Shown here one piece after another: positions 20,921 through 34,037 of a stretch of DNA of 64,000 bases (position 1 is its first letter; the number at the start of each line of letters is the position of its first letter). The position numbers and the translations under genes are program-made. The stretch lies in assembly GCA_002104905.1 (NCBI GenBank), contig MCFE01000213.1:63206-127205 (forward strand), in the 5' to 3' direction. This stretch comes from Basidiobolus meristosporus CBS 931.73. Lineage: Eukaryota > Fungi > Basidiobolomycota. The notes under the pieces are model-generated. The model saw only the letters and a program-made list of their open reading frames with translations. It did no database searches and was not told the DNA's origin.

Positions 20921-21278
20921 GCTGAGTGCAAATGTTGTAAAATTTGTAATTCCACCTAAATATGCACCTAACTAGGTCACTTAGATGATTACCTTCAAAT
21001 CCAAGGGAATACTGACCAAATTCCTTGTTGGGATTTACTTAGAATATTTTCACCACAATATCAGATACCCAACACATGAAAATTCTCAAAATTATCCAAA
21101 CAGCCTCAAACTTTGCACATATGTTCTTGGGACCTTTGTAAGCATATTTTACGTGTTGGTTTACCAAGTCCATGTAAAATATAAATACTACTTTTACATT
21201 CAATGAATCATTAAGTGAAAACCACATAATCTACTTGTCCTCCCAGTCACTTCCAATATCCGCAAGACTCTTACAACA

Positions 21279-22456
21279 TGGAAAGCATTAGAAGACACCT
21301 ACCAGTCATGTTCAGCAGATCAGAGAGAGTATCTTGGACAAAAATTCTCTAATACAACAATGCTCTCAGGATAACAAATGAAAAATATAATTAACAGAAT
21401 TACCCTGTTAGTTGATGAGATGGAATCTGTGGGCATACAAGCTACTAATACAGATGTGATATTTACCCTCTTGAATAGGCTGACAGTTGGACTTCAGGGC
21501 CTTGTATCAGTCTCAGAGTCCAGAACTGAAGATTTGACCTCAAATGTGCTACATGGAAGGCTCCTGGATGAGGATTTAAGAAAATCAATCACCAAAAAGA
21601 AAGAAGGGAAATATGCTTAAATTAGCAATAATAACCACCAAAGGAGGTACTGAAGACACATTAAAGGCAACTGCAACTTTTCTTGCAGCTACAGCAAAAT
21701 GAATGGACAAACATCAGCTAGGTGTTTCAAAAAAAATACAATCAGCAGAAGAAGCCTGAATATCACAATACTGCAACAACTGATAAATGACTATTTGTAT
21801 CTGCATTAAGCATGACCACAAATAGGGATTCTTACATGGGGTGTATGGACTCTGGAGCATCTTAACACTTTACACAAAAAAAAAATCTTTTGCCTAATAT
21901 CATTAGATTCCAATCAAGAAGGTTTGATGGGAGACAACAGAGCACCTAATGCAGTTTGACAGGGAACTATTCAAGTAAGCCTCAGAGGTAGTGAAGGAAA
22001 CCACAAACTTACCTTCAAAGAAGTATTCTATGAACCAAAAACAGCCAGGAGCCTACTATCTGCAAGCAAGGCCAAAGCAGATGGACTTGATTTCAGTATG
22101 ACTATTCTGTATGCAGGTTTGGTGATCAAAAGTTTCCCATATTGCTTTAGGTATCAGTGCTCAGAATCTACATTAGTTCACCTATATTCCATCATGTCTG
22201 GAAGCCAGCATAAGTAACTTAAATGAAGAAACACCAATGCACTAGTAAGGGTGATTTGGACACATAAAATCTGATTATTTAAGCAAAATAATCAAAAATC
22301 AGCTGATTGGTCAAAAAAAAATTAATCAACCAACTAATTTAAAGCATTGTGAGTCCTGCTTATATGGGAAACAAGTCATAGAACAGTTCAAGAGCTCTGG
22401 GCTAGTCAAAACTAAGAAAAAAGTGTATCTATTTTAATCAGATCTGTGTGGGCCTA
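21279..22456 (+). mobile_element. Decayed Copia A0, continuation (gag, protease, start of integrase), truncated
   Basis: Resumes gag (WKALEDTYQSCS) exactly after the TGGAA duplication, then MDSGAS and ..SDLCGPM. Confidence 0.85.
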
Positions 22457-22522
22457 TGTAGTATTGTAGGACTTTTGGAGATATTGGAAGTGATTGGGAG
22501 AACAAATAGATTGTGTAGTTCT
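22457..22522 (-). repeat. Fragment of a Copia A LTR 3' end in reverse orientation
   Basis: Reverse complement matches ..ttgttctcccaatcacttccaatatctccaa.. of the A LTR. Confidence 0.65.
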
Positions 22523-25500
22523 TGTTGTAAAGATTTGTAATTCCACCTAAATATTCACCTTACATAGTCACTTAGACAATTACCCTCAAATCCTAGAGAA
22601 TACTGACCAAATTCCTTATTGGGACTTACTTGGAATATTTTCACCAAAATACCAGGTACCCAGAACATGAAAATTCTCAAAGTTGTCCAAGCAGTCCCAA
22701 ACTTTGCACACATGTTCTTGGGACCTTTCTTAACCTATTCTACATGGTTGTAATGCCAAGACAAGGTAAAAGTATAAATACCACTTTTATATTCAATAAA
22801 TCATTAAGTGAAAACTACACAATGTACTTGTTCTCCAAATCACTTCCAATATCTCCAAGACTGTTACAACAGGTTATGAGCCCTAAGCTGTCACTCTCTG
22901 CAATGTCTGCTACTGCTATAACTGGAATTTTTCCCTCTGCTCAAAAGCTGGATGGATCTAACTACCAAGTGAGGAAGGTGAAGATGGAGATGCTGCTACA
23001 AGAAAGAGGCCTTTAGGATATTGTCATGGGAGAAGAATGCCCTCCTAAATATATGGGAGAGGAAGCCTCAAAGTACCAGAAGAAAGAACAAAGTGCCTTT
23101 AACTGCATTTGCCTTAATGTTAAGGACAAATTGCTAATTCAATGCTCAAGAGCAAAAACGGCAAAGAATGCCTGGAAAGCATTAGAAAACACCTACCAGT
23201 CATGTTCAGCTGCCAAGAAAATGTATCTGAGACAAAAATTCTTTACTACAAAGATGCTGCCAGGAGAAGAAATGAAAAATCTAATTAACAGAATTACCCT
23301 GCTTGTAGATGAGATGGAATCTGTGGGCATACCAACTACTGATGAGGATGTGATAGTTACCATACTGAATAGTCTGACAGACAAGTTTCAGGGCCTTGTA
23401 TCAGCCCTAGAGTCCAGAACTGAAGATTTGACCTTAAATTACGTATATGGAAGGCTCCTGGATGAAGAATTAAGAAAATCAAGTGCCAATAAGAAGGAAG
23501 AAGAAAATGCTTGAATAAGCAATGATAGCCAACAAAGGAGGTACCCAAGACCCTACAAAGGCAACAACAACCTGCTTTGTAACTACTGCAAAAGGAAAGG
23601 ACACACATCAGACCAGTGTCTCAAAAAGAAAGATAATCAGCAAAAGAAGCCTGAATATGGAAATGCTGCAACAACTGAAGATAGACTATTCATATCTGCA
23701 CTAAATATGACCACAAACAGGGATTCTCAGATGTGGTATATTGACTCTGGAGCATCTCAACACTTTACACACCAAAAAGAACTTTTTACCAAATATTAAG
23801 AAATTCCAATTAAGAAGGTTTTCATGGGTGACAATAGAACACTTGATGCAGTGGGAGAAGGAACTATTGAAGTAAGCCAATGAAGCAGTGAAGGAAGCCA
23901 TACACTGACCTTTGAAGAAGTACTCTATGTACCAGAAATAGCCAAGAACCTACTCTCTGTAAGCAAGGCCACAGCAGAAGGACTCAGTTTCAGTTTTGAC
24001 AATTCTGGTTGCAGGATCACTGATCAAAATGGTGCCCATATTGCGTTGTGGTGGTGTGTAAGTCCAAGGGAGAGATACGTCCAACACTTCTCAAGTGTTT
24101 TGAGTGTGGGGTGTTCACTGGGTGCAATAACCTCTGGCAAAAGCTTGCTAGGAATACTTGGGTTCTGTTTCTAATCTAATGTGAAGGGGAATAAAGCCAC
24201 AAGCTTGTCAAGGGAAAACTATTGAGCTACAATCCCCAACTTAGTTGGCATCTTAACAAAAGTATGTGCTGGGTTCAGCGTCCTTTGAGATGACAATGTA
24301 CTAAAGCTTCCAAAGTCAAAACAACTGTAAACTCCACCAGCAGGGACTTGACAAGAATGCAGCTGTGGTCAATAGTTACAAAGACAGAAAAGTATCTTTG
24401 CCTGTACAAGAACTAACTTGGGAAAGAATCAAATATAATAAAAGATACCTACTCTGAGTATTCCTCACAAGTAGTGCCTCCAAGGTCAGTTGGCTGTCAG
24501 CGCGGTTTCCTGGGAGTGTCCTGTGGTCTAGGGTTGGAAGTTCAGGTAGCAGCAGGTAGCAGTGATCACACTAATCAACAAGTCGGTATATTGATAAAAG
24601 GGATGATGATTTATTGTTAAGGGATAGCCTCCCTTATATACTTTTCTCACTGGCTAAGTGATTACTAATCATAGTGTTCCAGAAGGTTCTGGAGATCAAT
24701 AGAAATCTTAATGACATCAGAATGACCTAAGAATGTTCTAAATAGGTGCCAAAAGGTTCTAAGAGGCACAGCACATCCAACCAATCAGGAATCAGTATTC
24801 TGAAACCTGTGTAACATGGGGATACCATATATGGTATGGAAATGGTAGGGATGGTGACACGGGCTGATCATGTGTAACGGGTACTGGCGCAGGTACTTGC
24901 CTAATATAGAAGTACTTATAGCTAGTAATCTTACATAAAGTGAGGGGTAACTTATGCAATAAGGTAAGCAGGTGTGATAGTCAACCGGCTTATGGGATAG
25001 TACTGATTGGGTAAGACAAATGGGATAAAACTAAAATTAGTGTAGTAGAGATATAGGGAAATAGAAAATAAGGGAATGAGCACATCTGTCAGTGGGTGTC
25101 ACTGTCACCCTACTACAGCATTGGGCATCAGAGATCAGAATCTATACAAGTTGACTTATATTCCATCATATCTGGAAGCCAATATAAGTAACTTAAATGA
25201 AGAAACACCAATGCTTTGGCACAGGAGATTTGGACACATCAATTTTGATTATTTGTGCAAAATGATCAAAGATCAGCTAATTTCTGGAGTGAAAATTGAT
25301 CCCCCAGCTAATTTGGAGCACTGTGAAGCCTGCATATATGGGATACAGGCCAGACAACCGTTCAAGAGCTCTGGGTTAATCAAAACTAAGAAAAAATTAG
25401 ATCTAATTCACTCAGATCTGTGTGGACCTATGCAAAATTTATCGTGAGGCAGGATGAAGTGTTTAATCATTTTATTGATGATTATACAAGATACACATGG

Positions 25501-27040
25501 GTCTACTTCATGGAGAGAAAGTAAGAAGCTCTGTCTAAGCTCAGGGAGTTAAAGCCATGGTGGAGAGAGAAACTGGTGAAAAAATCAAGATAATATGTTC
25601 TGACAATGGTGGAAAATATATCTCAAAACTCTTCATCCACTTCTGCAAAATTCATGGGATAAAGCAAGAGACTACTGTACCATACTCCCCACAGCAAAAT
25701 GAAGTTGCAGAACAAGCTAACAGATCAATAATTGATATGGCAAGATCTATGATCCATGATCAAAAATTATCCTATGATTTCTGGGCAGAATCAGTTGCCA
25801 CTGCTGTATACCCTAAATATAGTAGTTATAACAGAATACTTTGTGATTCTACTTCATCTGAAGCATAGTATGGATATAGACCAAGTGCAGAACATCTAAG
25901 AATATTTGCGTGTACAGCATATGCCAAAAAACTGCCTGGAAGTCAGTCAAAATTTGAGCCAAAAAGTGTAAAATGAATATTTTTGGGCTACTGCAATTAG
26001 TGTAAAGCATACAGACTCTACAATACCAAAGCAAAGAAGCTAATCAAGTCCAGGGATGTGTTGTTTGATGAAGATTCAAAATATTCACAAAAAATGACAT
26101 CAGATGATGACAAAATCTGATCTCAAGTCCACCAATTGTCCGGATTGAATCAGAACAAAACAATGAAAATTTTTTCACTCCAGAGGACTCTACAACCGTG
26201 TTTCAGCCAGAACCAGTGCCCAGGAATATCCCAGAAGTGATCATTCCAGTATCAAATGCCTGGAGATCCAATTGGACAAGAAATAGCCCAAATTACTATA
26301 TCAATGAGGGTACAAACTTAGCCTATGCCTATTCAGTCCATATTGATGAACCCCAGACTGTAAAAGAGGCCCTAAATAGCCCTCAGACAAAGTTTTGGAG
26401 ATCTGCAATGACTGAGGAATATCAGGCCCTGATGGAAAATCAAACTTGGGACTTGTTCAAATTACCAATCAACTAAAAATCAATTGGATGCAGATGGGTC
26501 TTCAAGATAAAATACAAGGCTGATGGTACAATTGAAAGATACAAAGCAAGACTTGTAGCCAAAGGATACTTTCAAACAAAAGGACTTGACTATACTGAGA
26601 CCTTTGCACTGGTAGCCAAGTTTGATTCCATCAGATTAATATTGGCTGTTGCAGCAAAATATAAGTTTTTTATTCATCAAATGGATGTAAAAACTACATT
26701 TTTGAATGGAGAACTTGATGAGGACATGTATATGGACCAGCCTGATGGGTTTGTTGACCAATATAACCCCCATTTGGTCTGCAAGCTTAAAAAGTCACTA
26801 TATGGTCTCAAACAATCACCAAGAGCCTGGAATTGCAAGATAGATTCTTATTTGGAATCTTTGAGATTCAAAAGGAGTAATGCTGACTATAGTATATACT
26901 ATAAGCCAGATAGAACAAATCCAGTTCTATTGGCTCTATATGTGGGTGATCTTATTATAGCCACCAATAACCTAGCAATATTGGAAGAGACTAAATCCAG
27001 CCTATCTAGGGAGTTCAGGATGTCCAATCCAGGAGAACCT
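22523..27040 (+). mobile_element. Decayed Copia A2: 5' LTR 22523-22871, PBS 22872-22884, gag-PR-INT-RT, 3'-truncated, interrupted by a solo LTR C
   Basis: ORF fragments 23026-23514, 25076-25447, 25557-25868, 26642-27043 with Copia motifs. PBS GGTTATGAGCCCT. Confidence 0.9.
24047..25117 (-). mobile_element. Solo LTR family C (1071 bp)
   Basis: Homologous to 60872-61942. TSD GCGT/GCAT (4 bp, one mismatch). Copia sequence is continuous across it. Confidence 0.92.
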
Positions 27041-27525
27041 TAGTGCTGTGACAATAATTGCATGGCATTGTTACATTCTCAATGAGCTCTACAGCTATTT
27101 TGAATGAATCTAACTGGCCAGGACATCCAGTTGCCTTATATGGCAAAAAACATGATGATGTTTTGATGACCTCACTGCAACACTCTGATGGCATTATTAT
27201 GACAGTATAGCGGTCTAGAGCTGGTTCTGTATAATGCTATTGTACCAATTTGCCAAATAGTATTTCCTTTTTCTACCTCCCATTATGCAATTCATATATT
27301 TCACTGTTGAATCACCTCTCTTTATTTGCTTACCCACTACTACCTTGGGTATTCCACATATAATTTGAACCAAAAAATATTATAGCCTCCTGCTTATTAA
27401 CCTCTACAAACGTGCACACCTGATGTAATTGACATACTTCTATCACCTCAACTTAACAGCTTTTTAGTGTGATACTTTCAAAGTTGCCATATACCTTGTA
27501 CTGCTGGTAACATACATCTTGCAAA

Positions 27526-28488
27526 TGTTACCAGTCTTGGTTTAAGAGTTGTAGAGGAATAAGGAGTTTAGCTGGCATTGTATTCATTAAAACTTGAACT
27601 GATTTCTATACAGGTTCCAGCAGCTCCTTATATATATTTTGCCAGATCAATTGCTGACTAATTGTATTTCCCAATGTAGGCTGTGGGTGATGACTCATTT
27701 GATTGCATCATCATCACCCAATAAGATGCTACTTAATATATCTATTTCTGTCTGATAAGGATTTGCTGATTCATTTGCTGACTAACACTACTTATCTGAT
27801 AGCTAACCCTGATATACTGATAGGCTAAGCATATAACCAATTGATTTGACTAAAAACCAATCTGACTTAAACATTCAAGTGGTGGATCATAACATTCTCC
27901 CCTACTGAAGTTGGGAGGGTTCTCCTGAACCTCTTTTCTTGTGATACCAATATCTTGATGGCTCAGTATTGTTGGCAAGTCTTGCAAGTTTGAGTCTGTC
28001 TCTATGAACTAAATCTTCCTGGATATTCCCTAGTTTGTTCACTAGTTGGTAAGTTGCAAATAGAAAATCTCTGATGATCTTAAAAGGCCCTGTCCATTGT
28101 GGCTCAAACTTCTTCCAAGTATTGTTTCTCAGCAATACAAAGTTCCCAACTGTCAATGATTCTGGTGATATAGTCTTGTCAAATCTCTGCATCATATTTA
28201 CTGCACTTTGAGATACTTTGGCCTGTGCCTCTTAACGTCTTTGTTTCAGCTGCTGGTGTCTATTTGGCTGACTGAGCTCATCTTCTAAGGCACCTGTAAG
28301 CTTTGGGTGTGTGAGATCTCCTGGAATCCTTGTCTCACATCCATACATTACGTAAAATGGCAATTGTTGGGTGGTGTTGTGTACTCTAACTCTGCATGCA
28401 AAAAGTGCTTGGTCTATATACTCATCCCATCTACTGACAACTCCATTTGCACACTTGGTCAGCATTCTTCCAAATAATCCATTAAACA
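27526..28488 (-). mobile_element. Gypsy family F fragment: 3' LTR E (27526-27894), PPT, integrase C-terminus
   Basis: LTR homologous to 34038-34405; ..WTGPFKIIR..VHRDRLK. Confidence 0.85.
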
Positions 28489-28863
28489 TTTTTTTGAGGT
28501 CAATGTTGTGCATGATGTGTAAGAGCAGAGAAGAACTGCAGATATGCATCTGGTACTCAATACCCATGGCACTCTGAATTTAGCTCCTGTGGCTTGTAAC
28601 ATGTCACAAAAGTGCATGGCACTAACTTGGTCCACTAGTAATAACTGGCACTATAAGTGCTTTGTATAGATCTTACTTTAGGGCAAATAATTGAATATAT
28701 TGCCAGTTGGTACTAGTGGACCAAGTTAGTGCCATGCACTTTTGTGACATGTTACAAGCCACAGGAGCTAAATTCAGAGTGCCATGGGTATTGAGTACCA
28801 GATGCATATCTGCTGTTCTTCTGTGCACTTATACATCCTGCACAGCATTGATCCACAAAAAAA
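28489..28863. repeat. Long inverted repeat (foldback) with a perfect 103-bp core
   Basis: 28538-28640 is the exact reverse complement of 28711-28813 (checked block by block). The outer ~50 bp are diverged. Confidence 0.95.
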
Positions 28864-31535
28864 CATTAATAACTGGTTTTTCTCCTGCATCATTGATGAA
28901 ACACAGGGGCCGCTTTGCATGAAGATGCAGAGCTATGCTTCACACTCTGTGGGCAAGTATAGGTTCACTTGGCCTCTCTGGCACACTATGGCATCATTTG
29001 GCTCTCATGGCTCAATGTGGCACTATCCAACTGAATAAGTCTAATATATCCCTACTCCCTGCTGGATTCTAGTCCCCCTTATTGGTGCACTCTGGCTCTT
29101 GTTTGTATGAGTTCCATATTGAATGGTGTAGAAGTTGGCTAGTGACCATGAGAAATCTGGCATACCTTGGTAGAGTTTTCTTAATGGCAATTAGTTGCTT
29201 GTTGCACCCAACCCAACTTTGTATTACTTAACTGATCACCCATGCATTGGGGCTGCTTAGCTTCTTAATGCCATAGGCATAGGTGTCTCCATGTGCACAT
29301 CTGTACTTAGTGTTTTCCAACTCTCCCTGGCTGTCCTCCATGTGCCAACTCATCATATCCATGCCAGAATTGAAGGTAATATTCTTAACAAGATTGGGAA
29401 ATGGTTGTATCTGCAACTTTACTTGTCTTCCTGTGGCCACACACATCCACTCCATTGGAAACTCCCAAAAGGTGAAGCAAGGCCCAACATTCTCCATACA
29501 CCAAGCAAGGTGGATTAGAGATTGGATATAGTTGCAGCAGAGATATAGACATTCAGCTTTATGCTTGTAGTGTAGCCACTTGAATCCTGTCACAAACTCC
29601 TTGCACAACAGCTATAGATTTGTCAAGTTGGCATTGGTGATCCAGTTCTGGATAAATATTCCTACATGTCCACATGCAACTCCCAATGCTTCCAATGTAC
29701 TTGTGGTAGGAATGGCTTTAAAACACCACTTGAATAAATAAATATCCAGTTCATCCAGTCTTTGCATTTGTATTGTTGCATATGCGTATGAATACTAATT
29801 GGAGCTGGTGAGAAGTACTTAGGGTAGCAGATACTCTGTAATATCTTGCCAATTCTTTCAAATTTCTCCAGTATCTCAGAGGGCTCATTTATATTAAACT
29901 TTCCCATGTACAACTTAGTCATCAGTATAGGGATATTGCTGAAAAGTAAATGCATTGCTCCCAGTGGAAAGCTTTTGCTCCAGCAGATACCCTCTATCTT
30001 ACATATCTCTGGTTTCCAATTGATTCCATATTCCAGCCAATGACTTCTAGCTTGCCAACTTTGCGGCAATTGCATGCTGACTTCCGTACATTCTCTCTGT
30101 GGAAAGATGATGTTCTTAGTGCTGGTGTTTGGGTAATAAAAATGTGTGTAAGTTATGGAGTAAAACTCCTGGATCTCACATATTTGACAGCAATACTGTC
30201 CATTATGCCTGGAAGAACCTGCTATCTTGCTGATGGCTGGGGTATCTTCAATGCTGATAATAATATGAGCTTCTACATGATTGCCATTTGCTGTTATCCC
30301 GCAGGAAAGCATACAAAGCTCATCCAGCAATGGATACAGGTAGCTATCCAGGTTGAACACTGATTTAGGCCTAGATACTGGTGAGACTACCATCAGATTA
30401 ATGCACTGTACCTTAAGATGGGTGGCAGATTCAGATTGATGAGAATCAGTGGCCAGCAGGATTCACTAGTGGAGTACTTGTTAAAAGAGAATCTATCCAG
30501 TACTAAGGCAAAGGTATAGTCATACATACCTTCAATGTAGGCCTTGCTACTCAGCCATTTGTAATGATTGCCACCAAATGTATCTGATATATTTAGGTAA
30601 TACTGGAATAAATCTGGAGTGTGGACAATATTTTCCCCTAATGGTGGTGGATTCCTGACAAGTTGGATACCTTGCAATGGTGGCATTTTTTGATGTGAGT
30701 GCCATGCAACTGTTAGCACATGCTGGTATCAGGATGGTGTCTGGGTCATATGTTGCCAGCCACAAAATGGTGGTCTATTTATATCATGTACATGATAGGT
30801 TTCATCCCAGGATGTTTTGGCAAGAAGTTGTAGTAAATCCTCAATGCCCCCATTACCAATATTAGTGATACATGAAACTTCTCTAGCCACAACATCACAT
30901 TATTCACCAGTAGATGGATTCCTGGGCTCACCTGACTCCATAGAGTGTCCTTTTCCACAGGTATTGTGTCATCAAATAATGAGATTTTGCCAGGCTCATG
31001 CAGGGTACAGCTGTTAGGGAAGATAGGCTCACAATCCGTAAGTGTGCCTGCTTCTTCAGAGCTATTACTCAGTGTGCCATACTTGAAAGGCTGGGATGAA
31101 CTTAAAGGCATCACAAACTCTCCTAGCTCAGTTTGCACACGGTGACAAGTACAGCTACATGCCATTACAGAAGTATCAAGTGGCTGGCAAGATATTGTTG
31201 GTACAGTACTGACTGGTGAATGGTCAAATATGACTAGTGTGGCAAAACTGGCCATGATCCTTGTAATACTTCCTATTCTGTCTGCATGCTTCATGGCTGA
31301 GAGTCTTGCTACAACAGCCACATAGTAATTTGTCTCTTCTTTTATAGTGTTAAATCAAAGTAGCCTTGGCCATGGGGCAAACAGTTTTATACTCAACAAT
31401 GTAATGCTAATATTACACTTTTTTGTCAGTACTCATGTGAATCCAAGACAGTCCTCTACTTGAGACAGTGCACCTACATGAATGTAAAATTCAATGATGA
31501 CCCACCATAGTAAGCATTATAAATGAAGTTGTGGC

Positions 31536-33438
31536 TGTTGCAATACTGTGAGGAGTATTGGAAGTGATGTGGAGATCTAGAGGATTTACATTTATTCCCT
31601 TGCAGATTTATTGATCAAAAGTATGGTATTTATACTGCTGATAAAGTAGAGTAAGTAAACATGTAAAGTTTGTTAAGAAAGGTCTCAAGAATATGTGTGC
31701 CAAGCTTAGGGGCTTTTGGACAACTTTGAGAACAATCATAATTTGGGTACCTGATAATATGGTGAAAATATTCTAAGTAAATCCCAACAAGAAATTTGGT
31801 CAGAGTGTTAATTGAATAATAAGAGTTATGTGACTAAGTTAGTATGAATATTTTGGTGACAACTTAATAATTAAAACACTCCCATGCAACAAAATATTCA
31901 TGAGTTATAAATACACATTGAGAGTGTGCAACCTGTAAAAGTGTATAGGACTTAGCTGTGTTGCATACTAGACTAAAATATTATCTAGCAGTATATGCAT
32001 TTGTGTTTAGCTTATTTGAACAAGAAAAACTTGTAACTCAAGGTGCATATCTACTTATACCTATAAAATCAGAATGAACCAATCAAGATAGTAATCATTA
32101 GTTTTGATCAGTTTTGCAAGAATGCATAATGCTCTAAGTCTAATTGTCAGATTATAATACTGATATATAGCCTTTAGGCTATTCAATGCTTCATATTTGC
32201 GCAAAATTGACCCACTTTTGGTCAAGTTAGGGTTTTGTCATTTATAGCAGATCCGGAGTTTCCTTATTTTGAGGCAAAAGTCTCATTTAGACAACTATAA
32301 TGTATGTCCATATTTGGCTCAGGGACAGCTACTTCCATTATATTGACTTGATATGAGGTAAGAGAAATGACCTATATTGGGCTAAGTTAAGGTTTTGTCA
32401 TTTACGCCTGATCTGGATTATGCTCATTTCTGGGCACAGCAGCACATACAAACATGGCAAAAAAAAGGTTCTTGCTCAGCTCTGAGCTGGGATGGCCTGC
32501 TCCTACTTGAGCCACGTCTGTTTAGTAATTCAGATGCAGTATCAATACACTTAAGACAAACATAGCAATCTTCCATTGGACTGTGTAGTACATATCAGTA
32601 CTCCAGGTGGATATATATACATTATATGTCATTGCAATCCTTGCAATCCAGGGAGCTTGTTTCTGCAATCCTTTTACATTAATAGGTAGTCCAAAAATAG
32701 TGGTTAGCAGCTCCAATACTTGCGTTCTCAGCCTTATTTTTGAGTGGCAGCAGATTTGGTAAAATTTGTAGATCTGGACCCTCAATTGCTTGAATTACAC
32801 AATTTTCTTCAGTAGTGGTAGAGCACCAACATACTATATTTCTTGACATATTGCATGTCAACTGCATAGACTCTCCTTCATAATCAGCTCAAGTAGTTAT
32901 TGAATGAGTCTTTTAAAGGTAAGTCCTTCTTCTCCACAGCAATATCCTCATGAACATAGTCCTTTTGGCAGTGGTAGTTATCTTTAACTTTGGCAGTACA
33001 ATAGAGTGGAAAATCATTCTCCAGACTAGCAGGAATGGATCCAAGGAAAAGTAGACACTAAGAGGACAGCAAGCTTGGGGCTCATAACCTGTTGCAATAT
33101 TCTGAGGAGTACTGGAAGTGATGTGGAGATCCAGAGTATTTGCATGTAATTAACTTGAAGATTTATTGATCAAAAGTATCATATATATACCTTTGAAAGA
33201 ATAGTGCAAACAAACATGTAGAGTTTGCTAAGGAAGGTTCCAAGAATATGTGTGCCAAGTTTGGGTGCTTTTGGACAACTTTGAGAAAGTTCATAATCGT
33301 GGTACCAGATAATTTGGTGAAAATATTTTAGGTAAATCCCAACAAGAAATTTGGTCAGGCCCAAGTGTTAATTAAAGAATAAGATCTACATGACTAAGTT
33401 AGCATGAATATTTTGGTGACAACTTAATAATTACAACA
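31536..33438 (-). mobile_element. Non-autonomous Copia-type LTR element B2 (internally deleted relative to B1)
   Basis: LTRs 33090-33438 and 31536-31878, TSD GTGGC (31531-31535, 33439-33443), PBS on - at 33078-33089. Interior homologous to B1 ~15770-16440 and ~17810-18470. Confidence 0.9.
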
Positions 33439-33847
33439 GTGGCTCCACATACACATGTATTTGTTATACCATTTCCCCTTTGGTTTGACTCACTTTTGTT
33501 TATATGCTGCCAACAGATAAATCAAAGGTGTCTGGCTCCCAACCAAACCCCACTGCTGACTGCAGTAGAAGAACTGTTGGGCCACAGCTTGCTTTGACAT
33601 TAAATGCCACAAACAGGCCTACAACAAAAATGCCCTGTGGACAGTGTGCCCACTGAATTTATTAATACAGACTCTTAAGATCCCATCAGGAGACTGTTGA
33701 AATATTAGACTATTTGGTATCATTCAGCAGCTAAAAGCTTACTTAACAGCTCTAGACTAGTCTTGAGCACTGTAGACTAATTAGAAGTCCTAGTTTTGCC
33801 AGTTTCTTCAGATCTATGATCCTATGATTATTCCACTATGGTCAAGA

Positions 33848-34037
33848 CCTTATGAAAAGTTATTGTAATGATCCCATCAAAAGGCCATCAAGAAGTAGAA
33901 GTCCCATAACTAAGAGGTACTAATCCCATCAGGACCATGTCTAGAGATTGTTAAAAAATAATTGCACTCCAGATTTTGCAAAAAACTTGGTCAAAAAAAA
34001 TTCTTATCACAACAATGCACAAGGGGCCTTTGACAAG
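33848..34037. mobile_element. Isolated left end of a CACTA-like X element
   Basis: ccttatgaaaa..gaggtact..cacaacaat is homologous to 42462-42625 and to the reverse complement of ~55600-55766. Confidence 0.6.

Larger units (their letters stand above)
6233..21278 (+). mobile_element. Decayed Ty1/Copia element A1 with nested inserts; 5' LTR 6233-6321 plus 12245-12487, 3' LTR 20933-21278
   Basis: TG..CA LTRs of ~346 bp. TSD TGGAA at 6228-6232 and 21279-21283. Order is gag-PR(DSGAS)-integrase-RT-RNaseH with many stops and frameshifts. Confidence 0.9.
27041..33670 (-). mobile_element. Decayed CACTA/EnSpm-like transposon X1 with nested inserts (transposase on -, start of ORF-A on + at ~33504)
   Basis: Transposase_21-like DRF..SCWPLILINLNLPP..LDSYLYPLLDELC and DUF4218-like HLAWCMENVGPCFTFWEFPME. 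Ends are truncated. Confidence 0.85.

Noticed and set aside
27041-27060. GTGCTGTGACAATA as a transposon terminus or LTR start
   Set aside because: Copies at 48121, 49392 and 60692 show it is internal, ~190 bp from the true CCCTATG end.
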